Source: Perna viridis | Taxonomy: Eukaryota | Reading direction: 5' to 3' | Length of the DNA: 64,000 nt | NCBI GenBank assembly: GCA_037379345.1 | Contig: CM074511.1 | Coordinates: forward strand, 43,406,862 to 43,470,861 | Notes under the pieces: generated by a model | What the model was told of the DNA's origin: nothing | Seen by the model: only the letters and a program-made list of their open reading frames with translations | Database searches by the model: none | Made by a program: the position numbers and the translations under genes | Part shown: in pieces, positions 27,883 through 42,729 of the stretch | How positions within the stretch are numbered: position 1 is the first letter of the stretch | Layout: the number at the start of each line of letters is the position of its first letter

Positions 27883-29879
27883 GCTGATGGATACACCAGA
27901 AAAGTGCCAAAATTATTTTGGAACCAATAATACAACCATATTTTACATAGCTACAACATGAACATTGAAAAAAGGGAATGCTATGGTAAAGTCTTGGACC
28001 GACGATAAAGATAGTTAATACAGAGTAGGAAGAGATTAGAGATCGACACCAAATGTACTAAGGACTAATGAATGTGTAAATGAATGACTTGGCTAAAATA
28101 AATTCAAATCTGTCTCTTTTGAAAATTATACCAAAAACTGTATGGAGAACATAAACCGAGTTGTTGAATAAACATGTAATCTAATTGTAAGATTTTGTAA
28201 TCACATTTATAGGATTTCATTCAAACTTTCCATAAATGCAAAACCTAAAATTAATCAGTGCGGTAGCCACATATTTTGAAAAAGGTTGTACTTGTAAACA
28301 GTTTCATCTTTCAAAGGGGATGCACATCCAATTTTAGCTGATTTTCTCTAGAATTTTGAAATATTTTAAACAGAGAGAGGGTACACTTGCACCCATGGCA
28401 CTCCCTTTGGCTACGGTCATGTTAACCACAAAATGTTGATGGTTTTTGCATTTGTTTTTACAATTTTTGAATGTCTTGGGTCTTCCAGGCAAAAGAATCA
28501 AAAAGACAAAGTATAATATTTCAAAGAGAATGACAAAATGCAAGAATTATTTTACCCTATTGAACATTTAATGTTGACCTTTGACCTCGAATTTTCAAAA
28601 ATTCCATCAAGGATTTGGTACAAGCTTTAACCTTCAAAATATTACCTAATTCAGCCGTATGGTATTTTAGTCCATTAAAATTTCCTCCACTACAGGGCTG
28701 AAATATGTTCTGATCGGTAGCCATCAAAAACCAAATTATATTTTCTGCAAAAGTAGATCATGCAACAAGATATGTATATTTTGGTTAATTTCTCATTCAC
28801 ACTTATTTGAGGAAATCTATGAGTCTTCATTTTAATCGTAAAAGATAGTATTAAATATGATATTAAATAAATACCAGTTGTTGCAGTTATGAATATTTGC
28901 TTAATAATATATAATGTTACCATATTTACAAAAAAATTATGTTATTGTCCAAAATGAAAACAAAACTACTGAAAATTCCATCAAATATTTGATAGAGTAA
29001 TCAAGGGAACCAAGGTTATGGCGGTAATTAAAAGAATGTAATCCAGGGACAAAGACCAGACATGGAAAACAAAGACACACAACAAAGAACACAAAGTAAC
29101 TAAAATCATACATACATAGTATAAAGGTATTTTGACTCGAACGCTATTAAAATATTTTAAAAACTTAATATACACACAACATAAAAATCGCAAAAAAACT
29201 GTAATAAAACAATACATGCCCTACAAAATAACTCCTTTGACTATTTATTAAAATTAGTACCTTTATTCAGGATTTCTTTTTAAAAAATGAACCATATAGC
29301 ACCACAAACTATCTATAGTACAAATCAATCTGCAGAGTACTTTTCGGAATGCTATTTGTACATGTATACAACTACAAATAAACTATTACGAATTGAGGTC
29401 CATTAAAAGCGAGTTTGACTAAATGCATCGTTCAATCTTCAATGCATAATTATTTATATGAAACAACGTAACGTCGACCGTAACGTTAAAGGATGGGAAA
29501 TATTATTACTAATTTATTCAAACTTAATGGGTAATTTAAAATATAGGGAACTTTTCACAACACTCTAGGGGCCTCAAAATGCTTGAAATTTACTACATCT
29601 GAAAGTGAGGCAATTATAATGCAAATTTCTAGAGGGTCTACTTTAATAATTGGTCATGTTGAAACTGGTCCATTAGAAGGTCGAATTTAGCAGCTGTGGG
29701 TCTCGAATATCAGACGAAATATAAGTGGTCAATCGATTGTAAAAGGGGTATGGGCTGTGTTTTACATATTTGCGGCTAGTACTGATTAGGTTAAAATTTT
29801 TGAACAACTTGGTGTTACATAAAACACACTGAGTGGACTAAATTGTTAGTTACTGCTTTTTTGTCGTGGCTCAGAACCG

Positions 29880-32822
29880 ATGTTTCAAAAATCCTCATCC
29901 ATGTCTGGTCAGACCGGCAAACGGATTCTAAAACCCCATAAAACCAAGGGTAAGAGAGGACCACGCAACTGCTCTTATATATTTCCTGTGTCCGAGGAAT
30001 CACAGATTCAGGAGTTCAAAGAGGCCTTCAAAATGATTGACCAGAATCGCGATGGTCTTATTGACGAGGAAGACCTTGGTGATATGCTAGCGTCATTAGG
30101 TGAGTTGTCTGTATGCGAAAGTAGCTTAGTATCGTAAGTCCGTTGGCAGTCTCGTCAGTTATACTGCGTAAAACATTCGAAAAAACTTTCTATAAACAAA
30201 ACATAACGAACTGTTAACATAGGGAGATCACGCAACAGTGCATGAGCCATTTTTATTTTTCATACAATAGTATACTGTTATAAAGATATATGTACATTTG
30301 TATATTAATACCTTTTATGAAATCATCAAATTCTTCAAGGTAAAAACCCGGCTGACCACTACCTGGAGGAAATGATGAACTGTGCACCAGGCCCTATTAA
30401 CTTTACCATGTTCTTAACTATGTTTGGGCAGAAACTCCAGGGAACGGACCCCGAAGACGTGATCAGGAATGCATTTGCTTGCTTCGATGTTAGTGGATCA
30501 GGTAAAAAAGCTATTGTTAGTAGATCTGGTAAAAAAGCTATGAGTATCACCATGGATGGATCAACGAAATTAGCGAGCACCGTTTCTCTTTTCCTTTTTA
30601 TTTTGTATTATTTTTTCTTTTTTTATATTTTTTAATTTTCTGTATCATTTACTTTAGATGTGCATAAATTGCACATGAGTGTTTTTATTTTATTTTTTTT
30701 TTTCGTTTATCATAATTTTTCTTTTGATAAGTTCCTAAAGAAGTGGACATTTGAAAAATAAAAGATGCACATCTATATTCTATTTTGTATCAACAATTTA
30801 CCAAACAGTAACGGGAAAGTTGTTTTCTTTTATTAAATTCTTGTATATAAGAACAAGTTTTTAATTTACAAGATTGATTATTGAATTGTGTTTTTTTTCT
30901 CTCTCTCATTATTTTAATATCGCAAATGAAAAATCAAGCGTAAAAAAATAATCAGAAACTCGGAAGACAATAATCATATCACACACAACATGTAGAAACA
31001 AGAGATACACACTGATGTATTTATGTGTTTACATGCTGTACTAAATGTAGGTCGTGCAGCAAGGTCTTCATTTTGAAAATAAACACTCAAAACCTATAAA
31101 CGATTTTTTTTTCAGTACTTCATGCACACAAATCATTTTTGGATTTAGAATGTACAAATGTATTTTGTTCTAATGAGCTATACTCTTTAAAATATGCGCA
31201 CAACATATCGAACTAAAGATCCCCAAGGCATTCACCAGCTCAGTAGGCAGACTTGTATGTTCCCGAATTTATCATTAAACGAAAATTGTATTATTACGAA
31301 TTTAAAAAGCCATAAACAATGAAGTTTCATTTCTTGTACTGCACTTAATAGAATTTGAATCGCACTTTGTAGATTTATTTCATGCTAAATTTGACTTCCC
31401 ATTTGAATTTTTGAGGGATTTTGGGAACTTCTTGCACAATTTACTTTTGGATTTAGATCATCCTAGATATATACCCCTATGTATTTGGTTCTTCGGTTCT
31501 TATACTGCTGATGGAATTGTGGTAATTTTCATTAATTGCTATTTATCTTCTGTATACTTCCCCAAATGAAATAGTCCGGGTGTCAAAAGAATAGGCCTGC
31601 AGCAGCGCTAAGCTTGTCGTAAAAGGCGACTAAATAGTGCTCAGAACCTTAGCCGGGGGCTAGGGCGCTCTGCCCACAGCAACTGGGTTGTGTGCCCCAG
31701 GTGGTGGAATGGGGTACCCCTGGCTTGTAACATGCTGGGGTTGTCAGGCTATAATACGGAAAACCTGACCGCAAACCACAGTGGTGCACCGTGTAGAGAA
31801 AGATGCCACGTTTCTTGCACATTAAAAAAAACACTACTGTGGTATTCTCCCGGAGTAGGAACCATAGGGCTCCGCCATAGGAGGCTAAATTGCCCGACCC
31901 TACCCACCTCTCCCTATTTCTAGTGGAAATCAAAATTTGTCGACCCTATTATCCTTGTGTCCTATCCTTTTTTTTTTCATTTCATCATCATTTCATGTTC
32001 ATTTTATTATCCATTTCATGTTCATCGCCTGAATGTAGCTGAAATATTGCTTTAAACCCAACGATAAGTACCTGAAATGAATTAATACTTAAATTTTACG
32101 AACAAATAATACCATATAATTTGATAGTTCAATTTCGAATGTATTCTAACCATATTGTAAGGTGATTAATGTAAATTGATATGACATGGATTTCAGGTTT
32201 AATTGATGAACATGAACTAAGGGAGCTGCTTACGACAATGGGAGAACGTCTCACACAAGACGAAGTAAGTTTCAAAAGAAGCATAAAAAATCACCAAAAC
32301 AACAATATAAAACAATCATTATAATCACTTTCATAATCATCTAACTATTAAAAACTTCTGAAAAGCATCCGTGATTTTGATATCCTTACGAGTTTTTTTT
32401 CAAATTGATAATACAATGTAAAAATGCGAAACCGATTTATCTCGGTTCCTATCTTCGCTTGATTGAGTTCATGTTGCAATTGATTAGTTTAAACATATTT
32501 TATTACTTATTACTTATTAAGTAATGAATCGGACACAAGTTATACCAACTTATATAGTTTTCTCCAATATGATATATTTAACAATAATACGAGCATAACA
32601 GACATGTACAAGTTTATAAACATTTTATCAACAGAAGAATGCATGGAAAATAAAACGAAATGCATCCATATATATATGTTTCTATTTAGTAAATAGTTGT
32701 CAATGGTTAATATATTACAGGTAGATGAAATATTACGGGAGGCACCATGTTATGGAGGAAAGTTTGATTATGTTGCCTTCTCTAAAATGCTTAAACATGG
32801 TAAGCCAAGCAAGAACACATAG
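29880..32822 (+). CDS. Myosin regulatory light chain copy B (5'-truncated duplicate; ORF intact, possibly a pseudogene)
   Basis: Exons 29880-30099, 30340-30501, 32197-32264, 32721-32822; no stops or frameshifts. Near-identical to copy A (9 replacement and 2 silent differences by my count). Lacks the upstream micro-exon, and the acceptor ttctag has become tttttg. Confidence 0.75.
31572..32062 (+). mobile_element. SINE-like GC-rich element in light-chain intron (internally deleted copy at 20212-20541)
   Basis: GC-rich island with gcttgtcgtaaaaggcgactaa and a 3' end tagctgaaatattgct..taaaccca, resembling bivalve SINEs. Confidence 0.5.
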
Positions 32823-35800
32823 ATATTCAAGAAAAGAGCTGGAATATGGAAATGATATGGCATGAAAAATAGAATATTCTAAATCGTTCTTTATGTGTGA
32901 TACTATACACCAATTTGCATCGTATCATTTTTAATTGTATTAAGAGTCATTATCTTTAAAAATCAAATAATGGCAGATACCTCTGTCGTCTGGACATGTT
33001 ATGTCATGTCGTGATTTTGATTTATTTTGCGCATTCTATATGTACCATATAGCAAAATAATTGATCACCTCACCCTTTTCCGAGAGTCGCTTTTCAGGGC
33101 AACTGTTAATTCCATATCTGGACCTAAAATGATACTCAGAAAATGCATGTAAATCTGCTCATAGAAATTTTGTTGAAATTTGCTTCAGCTTTGAACAAAT
33201 TATCACATTTTTTTCATTTGTTTACCTTCAAAGTAATATGACTTAGTGTATAGAGTAAATATTGCTGTATACTTTTTTTTTTTATTTCGTCCCAAAAAAT
33301 CCGTCTTCAGCCAACTGTGAAGGATACTTTTCTTCTCTACGACAGAGTCACTGTTATATATATATTGTTTTTTTTTAATTTCGATAAACGTGCGCGTTCT
33401 ACAGAAAGTTGATGTATTCAATCAATCTCGTATTTCATAGAGATATGTTTTGTCGTCAAGGACAAATATGTCATTTCAAAGGTGAGGCATTTGCCTCTTT
33501 TGTCTCCATTGCGCCACTGCCATGTTATTCACATTAAGGTATACAAATTGTAAAAAAAACGAATATGGTGAAACGCAACATAACCAAAAGCCAAAATAGT
33601 AAATTATACTTTCAGAAATCACCGGAAGGTCTTCAACAAGCATAAACACACCTTTAGGTAACTATGACGACAAAAACCAAAAACCATTTTTAATCACAGT
33701 TGTTTATATTTAAAAGTTTTAAAAATAAAACATACTTTTTTCTACACGTGATTTTCTTTGTCCAGTAGAATCAATTTACATTGAACTTGAGCTTTAAATA
33801 ACACAATCGAATGACGTAACTTTTTTTTATAAAAGTGAATATATTTTAGGAGTACCCACACAACTTTATATCGCTGTACTAGTGTAGTGTCAAAATTATA
33901 TAGAAGAAGGTAAGTATTTTGTTACAACTATCGAAAACCAGCTTTAGTTTCTCAGTTATATTTTCCTGCGTTTATGAAATGTGAATACATCTTATTCATA
34001 CGGAGCTCTTTTCATATATTTATTCTTTCTCTATCTACATTCGAATGAATTTTTTTTTAAAATGTATTATATGGAACATTTATGTGAGAAATGGTCTTTT
34101 GGGATCAAAATAGAAATTATGATTTAGTTTTTCTATTATATTTTCCTGCTATCGAATGGCTCAATTCAAATTTATTTCAATTTTGGACAAAGGGAATATT
34201 TAACAATTTTATGTCATAGCAACTTGATATTTAGGCCCATACTGCACTGACTAAATTCAGATCTCATTTCATGGAATTTACTTCCTGCCCACTCAGTTGT
34301 GCATAGTTTCAAGCCTTTATGGTAAAAATGACAAATTCGTCTGTTAGGGAGCCACACCCAGGAGATAAAAACCTAGTATGTACACGTAGATCAGATCACA
34401 TGTATATAAGAAGAAATAAGTTCTTGCATATAAAGGAATAAGGAGTAATCTAATATTAAGAAGTGTTTAGATGTTCCATTCAGCTTGAACATCATATGTT
34501 TGAACACTAGAAAACATAAATATAATGAGAATAGGTATGTCAAAGAGACAACAACCCAACCGTGATGAAAATATCAGCCCTAGGCCACCCATTGGTCTTC
34601 AATTAACGAGAGGAAATCCTCATACCTCAGGGCAGGCTGCAGCTGGCCCATAAACATCATTATACACGGTACAGCGAATGAGTTGCACCTATATACTTGA
34701 TATATAATGTTTCCTCAAGTTCCTTCAGGTTTATCAATAGTGGAGTGATTTAGGTGTGGAAAATCATATTTTAAGGTGCATCGCTACCTTTCAACAAATA
34801 TGGCCCAAATTTCACCACTAATTTTCTTCTGACTATAGACAAACCTGCGTATATAGAAATGAAAAAAGATGCGTCAAGTTTGTGTAAAATTAAATCAAAG
34901 ACTTTTGCAGGGTTATTTTTTTGTAAATTCTGCAGAGAGTGCAAAAATAAACAAGCACGTGAGATTCACTTGATATGGTCCACTCATTTACGAAGTTCAA
35001 ATCACATATTGTGTATAGATGGTTATTATCCTTCTGTTGACCTGCATGTCAATGTGAATAGAGTTTACCTTTAATACCTAGGGAACATCTCAAAACATTC
35101 TACAGGCTTATTTCATTTTTTGCCCACAAGGCAGAATTGATGAAATTAAAACAGGAAAAGTCAGTCCAGTTTTTGACACAATTTTACATATACTTCGCTG
35201 TGTAGAAAGAAGAAGTTCGAAGAATAAAAAAAAAACGTAAAAAATATAGAAATTTGCTTCAACGATGTATAAAAATAGCCAAAAAACACAAAAATGCTTC
35301 AGTATATTTTTTAGCGACAAAATAATCGTAAATGGGAGGTATAAGGGTTATCAAATTTTCTTATCATATTTTGGTTGATGAGTTGTGGGGAGTGCAAGGT
35401 GGACCCACCCAGCCCATGGACTATAACATCTATTGAATAAAACAGGTTAGATTGTGATGAGGTGATGTAAGATTTTGAAAAAAAAGTTGTAGGAAGCCTT
35501 TAGATTTTCAATTGACTATTTTCAAAATGTAAAATGTATTCTCGCGTTCATTTCTAGTAAGCACTTCGTTTTAGTGCTATTTCTAAAATATAAATACAGG
35601 CCTTTAACTTGGTTTCTATTTTTTTAAAGATTGACATGGTATGTATTGATTCAGTAGAGCAATCAGTACAGGAACAAATATGGGTACGTTTTGAAAACTG
35701 ACCGAAATACTACATGACTGAATTTAGTGTTATTATTTTGATGGTATTTAAAAGGCGCTTCCATTAAAGTCTGTTGTAGAAGTTTTTTCTTAGTGCAATT

Positions 35801-37717
35801 TCCGAAAATTCGAGGTTAAAGTTACAAATTTTGTTCATTTACGTCATTTTCCAAGGACATTCCTGCAAAGTGTTAAATAGTCAAATATCATATTTTGTCT
35901 CTTTCATTGTCAAACTATGAACTATCCTGGAAGACCAAAGGAGAGCATAAATTTAAAAAATAAATGCAAAACCAATAATACAACCATATTTTACATAGCT
36001 ACAACATGAACATTGAAAAAAGGGAATGCTATGGTAAAGTCTTGGACCGACGATAAAGATAGTTAATACAGAGTAGGAAGAGATTAGAGATCGACACCAA
36101 ATGTACTAAGGACTAATGAATGTGTAAATGAATGACTTGGCTAAAATAAATTCAAATCTGTCTCTTTTGAAAATTATACAAAAAACTGTATGGAGAACAT
36201 AAACCGAGTTGTTGAATAAACATGTAATCTAATTGTAAGATTTTGTAATCACATTTATAGGATTTCATTCAAACTTTCCACCATAAATGTAAAACCTAAA
36301 ATTAATCAGTGCGGTAGCCACATATTTTGAAAAAGGGTGTACATGTATACAGTTTCATCTTTCAAAGGGGATGCACATCCAATTTTAGCTGATTTTCTCT
36401 AGAATTTTGAAATATTTTAAACAGAGAGAGGGTACACTTGCACCCATGGCACCCCTTTGGATACGGTCATGTTAACCACAAAATGATGGTTTTTGCATTT
36501 GTTTTTACAATTTTTGAATGTCTTGGGTCTTCCAGGCAAAAGAATCAAAAAGACAAAGTATAATATTTCAAAGAGAATGACAAAATGCAAGAATTATTTT
36601 ACCCTATTGAACATTTAATGTTGACCTTTGACCTCGAATTTTCAAAAATTCCATCAAGGATTTGGTACAAGCTTTAACCTTCAAAATATTACCTAATTCA
36701 GCCGTATGGTATTTTAGTCCATTAAAATTTCCTCCACTACAGGGCTGAAATATGTTCTGATCGGTAGCCATCAAAAACCAAATTATATTTCTGCAAAAGT
36801 AGATCATGCAACAAGATATGTATATTTTGGTTAATTTCTCATTCACACTTATTTGAGGAAATCTATGAGTCTTCATTTTAATCGTAAAAGATAGTATTAA
36901 ATATGATATTAAATAAATACCAGTTGTTGCAGTTATGAATATTTGCTTAATAATATATAATGTTATCATATTTACAAAAAAAATATGTTATTGTCCAAAA
37001 TGAAAAAAAAAAACTACTGAAAATTCCATCAAATATTTGATAGAGTAATCAAGGGAACCAAGGTTATGGCGGTAATTAAAAGAATGTAATCCAGGGACAA
37101 AGACCAGACATGGAAAACAGAGACACACAACAAAGAACACAAAGTAACTAAAATCATACATACATAGTATAAAGGTATTTTGACTCGAACGCTATTAAAA
37201 TATTTTAAAAACTTAATATACACACAACATAAAATTCGCAAAAAACTGTAATAAAACAGTACATGCCCTACAAGATAACTCCTTTGACTATTTATTAAAT
37301 TTAGTACCTTTATTCAGGATTTCTTTTTAAAAAAATAACCATATAGCACCACAAAGTACGTATAGTACAAATCAATCTGCAGAGTACTTTTCGGAATGCT
37401 ATTTGTACATGTATACAACTACAAATAAACTATTACGAATTGAGGTTCAATAAAAGCGAGTTTGACTAAATGCATCGTTCAATCTTCAATGCATAATTAT
37501 TTATATGAAACAACGTAACGTCGACTGTAACGTTAAAGGATGGGAAATATTATTACTAATTTATTCAAACTTAATGGGTAATTTAAAATATAGGGAACTT
37601 TTCACAACACTCTAGGGGCCTCAAAATGCTTGAAATTTACTACATCTGAAAGTGAGGCAATTATAATGCAAATTTCGAGAGGGTCTATTTTAATAATTGG
37701 TCATGTTGAAACTGGTC

Positions 37718-39340
37718 CATTAGAAGGTCGAATTTAGCAGCTGTGGGTCTCGAATATCAGACGAAATATAAGTGGTACGTCGATTGTTGATCACACATTT
37801 GATTTCGACGAGAACAGTACGTAGTACATCAGAATCGACTTGGACATTCCCGAGGACTTTTGTAGTGTCGTTTTCGTTAGGTCTACTAATCTTTCCTACC
37901 ATCCTCCATACTATGGTGCTGTTCTTGGTATGAATTTCCAGTTAATGTAAATGTTCTGATTCTTGGTATCTCGTTGTCAGCTGTTTGAAAGTGGATGCGT
38001 TATCGGAATATATCGTTGTCAGAATGCGTCTCCTGTTGATAAATTGTCTAAACGCAACCATAAATTATTCTAGTATCTTGTCTGGTATCAACTCAAAATG
38101 GGCTGCTCGTACATTTTCACTAACAGCCTGTTTTTCTTAAGATAAGCGGTCATGCGGATACATCTCTTGATGCAGCAAATGGGATATCAGACACCATATG
38201 TTTTGGCAACGGCGGCGATTCAGTTTTTTGTGTTTCTTACACTTAACACATTTTTTAAGCATGTAATTAACACTTTAATGGATAGACGGTATCCAAAACG
38301 TTTGTTGGATGTCTGCAATTGTCTGTCCTGCTCCCGAATGTAGCACCTTTTCGTGTGCTACCAGTATAATGATATCAATAAACTGGTGTTTCTTTGGCAA
38401 CAATTTTGCAAAATTTGTAGCACCGTCCAAATTCGAATTTTGTTTGTCCTCTATATCGTATGATATTATCGTCCTCCATGTAAGTCTTTGTTGTCTCACT
38501 AATGTCGATCCAGTAGCCTTACGGTTCTTTTCTATTTCAAAACGATCGCTTCGTGTATTGGTAATTCATAGACGTGTCGCTAGTTGAATGTCGATTCTTT
38601 TGATTTTCTCTCGTGTTTGTCGACAAGTGCTTGTAAGATTGTATCTCTTCTTGTTTCGGCATATTCATACAAATTACAGTACGTATCATGTTTTACGTAG
38701 TTACTTACCGAGTGCTGAGTGCTGAAAATCTCGCTAGCTAAATGATTTTCATTATGATCAGATTCCGTCTCCCCTTTTACGTCTGTCGATATCAATAAGG
38801 CAGTTTTGCCCGTAATGTTAAGTGTCCATTCTGGCCACTTGCTTTCATCAGTAATCCATGATGGTCCATGTATCCACAGCGTTGACTCCGTGTACTATTG
38901 GGCTGTAGATCGACTGGGTTGGATTATGTTGGTACGTATTTCTAAACGAAGGACTTTGTTGATTTTCTTATTTCAATTACACGGCTCTGAACAAATTTTC
39001 TAAGTGGTTTTGTTCGTGAAATCCAGTGCAAGACAATCTGACTATCGCTCCAAAATACTGCTCAGCGAATATTCAAGTTCTGTATTGTGTAGCTATGTAC
39101 GTCCCAATAAAAACGGCGATTTCATCAAATTTCGGCAGTGTTACTTTTTTAACCGGTGTGACGCGATTTTTAGCCATGACTAAAGAAGAGATATCGCCTC
39201 TACACAAATAAGTACCCGCTCCGTATATTTCGCTGTTTCTAATTTTGATTCATCAAAGTAGTAGCGTGAAATGCTAGTGTCTCTAATCACATCTTGAAAG
39301 TTGAACCGAATATCTGTCCACGACTTTAATATGTTGCTAA
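37718..39340 (-). mobile_element. Decayed BEL/Pao LTR retrotransposon pol remnant (RNase H + integrase)
   Basis: Minus-strand fragments with stops and frameshifts: YGAGTYL..LVMAKNRVTPVKKVTLPK, WIHGPSW, LLPKKH..AHEKVLHSG..QTFWIP, IYSDNASTFK, WKFIPRTAP*YGGW, LRTVLVEIKCVINNR. Confidence 0.9.
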
Positions 39341-42185
39341 AAATTCCCCCTAACTTGGGACAGTGGTGAGAAAATAAAAAAATTATAAAAATGTGTGGTA
39401 TTCGGATTTACTTCTTGAGATCGATACAGAATACAAACACCTTAACAAATATTAAAGGCAAAGGCGACAAGCTCTACCTACCTAGAAAGAGTACTCGCTT
39501 TTTCTGTTAGCCACTTCAAAATCCAAACACAACTGATAAGCACACATAGTTCTCTCAGATAAAAGTATTAATAAAAACACGTCAGGCAGGATTTAGTGAA
39601 AACATATCATAAAATGTCTACGAAAAACAAGGTCTTCGTGCAAATGCCAAGATAAAAAGTATTGGCAGGAAGTAGGACGAAATGTAATTACAAGTGTGAA
39701 CACGGACTGATATTGCCCGCAAGGCAAGTATGGACTTAGACTGGTATTACCCGAAGAGCTAAGTCGCTTTGTCTTGAATGTGTTTGCATTGGCTAGAAAA
39801 CAAACTGTTGTAGTATTTAATATTAACAGCAATTTATGGGTGGGACATTCCCAATACATCCTTTATAGGGGTGCCGCTGTGATTCTGTACCCCAACCTCT
39901 TCAAATGCCAAATTTCAAATTTCAAGCTAAAAGATTGTATGACAGTTTCATTAAATATCACTTAGTGGTGTAGGAGGAGTAAAATCAAGACATGGAATCT
40001 CCTCTACGTAACGGGAGGAAAGAGGAATAGCCACCTATGTCACTATAGACCCCACTAAAATTAAGTCGATATTTCCTCTGCTATACATAGAGGAAATGGA
40101 GGTACTTGTTTTTCAGAGTTGGTGTCCTATTTCTCAGGAACTAAGGTTTAGATTTATATATTATAAGACAAGTTATAAACATATGCATTTCAATGCTTCT
40201 TTCTTTCCCGAGGGTGTACTTGCATGGATGTCTTGAATTTTGCTATGTCATATTAAGGATTGACCATTTCCCTTAATTTAGGTTGTTGATCTATGATTTT
40301 TTAGTTTAACAGTGTGGTATCTATCAGTTACATTGAATAAGAATATTTCTGTATTGAAGTTTTCAAGTCCTACAACTCTGGAAAAGCTGCATAGTTATAT
40401 GAAGTTACGTGTATTAGAACTTTTCTAACATTTTGTGTAAAAATCAAAGCAATAGAGTTGGTGTCATTTTCCTGACATTTAGGAGAAAAATACATAAACT
40501 TCCTGCAAGCAATAATTTATTTCAAGCAACAATTTCCTGTGCATTTCAGTACTGGCTCTTCAGAGACTGTAAAAAATAGTGTAAGATGATATATTGTTCT
40601 ACAACAAATGAACGTGTATACGTTTGGACCATCAATAGTTCCACACAATCAATGTCAGCATGTTGTAGTTTTGTGTTGGGATTTCAAGACAGCTTTGTGT
40701 TATAAATTCCCCGTACACTTGGTGCCAATTGGACTAGTATTATTACTACAAATATTTTGAAAGAAATACATAATATATTCAATTTGGATTATATTGTTAA
40801 ATTCAGTACAAAATGTACTTCAGTTTAATTGGTTGAAAATGTAAAACTGCCCTAGTATAATAAGAAACATACCTCTGTAGGACCCTATGTCAGAATTAAC
40901 TTCTACTCAAATGACCTTTTAAAACAATGATAACTGCACTGTAATTCCCTGCAAAAAAAAAACACACCTACACAGTGTATGTTATACACTTAAATATTTG
41001 TACTCTAAAAATAAAAACTGTAAAATAACCATAACCCATTAAAATATGTCCTCTATGACAGTTTCATATGACTGCAGGGTTGAACCTCGAAAAAGTAGCG
41101 GCAGTATAGACGCACTTTTCAAGGTTTATACAGCTTTGAATTTTGATTGCATTGACACAGGATGAGAATTTCACTAGAATCACTGTGGCCCTTTTTTGCC
41201 CTCATTTTGTTTAAATCAGTCTGAACTTTCCTTTGGAGAAAGGCACATTGTGGTACAAATTCAAACTTGAGCAACCAACTAATACTTATATTTCATGTAA
41301 TTATCACACGAAACTAAATGTCTATGGACATGCATTAGCAACAGGGAACAATGTCAAATCATTATGTGACAGCAAATTTTCTAAGTCGAATAAATTGTCC
41401 GTAAGATCTCCTTCTTCTCAGGCAATGGCGGACACTACTAATTTCCCGCACAGTATACATATATGTGACCGATGACTTACAATAATTAGCAATCTAAAAT
41501 GCATTTGCACCGTTTGTTGAACACTTTATTGTTAATTTAATCTTTAACTTATTTTTTTTTATTTTGATGAAAAAAAGAAATGAAACACATAAAACCATCA
41601 ATTTGATTCTAAGAAATGATAAACACCTCTATTAGAATTGTTAAAGACTCACCTATATTGATGCGGAGAAACTACAATCAACAGCTGCACGTGTAAAATT
41701 GAAATATTCCAATATGCAGGTGTCCGAGGGACTACAGTTAAATTTGTATTTAACAAATCTAGTATCTTTCTTTAAATCGTACATCACACGAAATATTAGA
41801 AGATTAGAACACTAAAATATACATATAATGTATAATAATATAAATACTCAACTTTCTTAAGTTAGACATTTACACAGAATGTAAACTTTAATAACGCCTC
41901 CATGTGTTTAATTATATTATAATATTTTTTTCATATTTTCCATAACTTTTCAGGGTTGACCACTGAGGTTGTATCAAGCTGCGCCCTGCGAAGCATTTTA
42001 TTGATTAAGTTACAACAAGAACTACCAAAGATTAAGTTACGACAAGAACTATCAAACTACAGCATCAATTCATATCAATGAAAGAATTTAGTAAAAGTTT
42101 TAACTATTTATAATAAAAAAAAACAATTAACGATTAACGATAAGTATTATAAAATTTATATATTTAATCAGACTTTGATGGATCT

Positions 42186-42330
42186 CTATGCTACAAACTG
42201 AGATTCAAAATAATACAGGAATATATCTGCTATCAAAGGAGCAGAATGTTTGCTCATCGCAATTCCAACAACCTGCAGATATGTTTTATCGCCAAAATTA
42301 ACGTTAATGTCAGAAAAATAGGCTGTTGTA
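42186..42330 (-). mobile_element. Older Penelope-like RT fragment
   Basis: FGDKTYLQVVGIAMSKHSAPLIADIFLYYFE is a degenerate version of the same RT motif. Confidence 0.75.
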
Positions 42331-42729
42331 ATGGTATATTTCTTTAAGGGAAATCTTTTATTAAAGTCGGTAAGTTGCTTCAAATGTGGCAGCGTTGAAG
42401 AAAGACAATCTGGGTGGTCGGGTTTCCATGGAAATTCATGTCCTAGAGAGAAATACACTAGATTCCAAGTATGCTTCCACATCCGTTTTTGCTAACATAA
42501 CATAAATTGTTTTCACGTTTTGTTCCATACGATTCAATTATCTCAAATTTGTGAAGTTATATTCATTGCATATATAAAATCCTGACTAAAAAGCACTATA
42601 CTTCGTTGTTACTCCAAAAATGACGGTACACCTAGATAAAATATGTAGTTCTTGGTAGATATTCCTCATACTTTGAAAAAAATATTCCATATCAACTTTC
42701 AAATATATGTTTTAAAATTGCTGGAATTT

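Larger units (their letters stand above)
18363..37787 (+). repeat. Tandem segmental duplication: unit A 18363-29740 (11.4 kb), unit B 29741-37787 (8.0 kb)
   Basis: Both units start aaaaggggtatgggctgtg and end ...gaaatataagtggtNNNtcgattgt. They are collinear and highly similar. B lacks A 22865-23089, about 23721-24195, 24410-25410 and 26188-27926; A lacks B 31640-31798. Confidence 0.95.
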
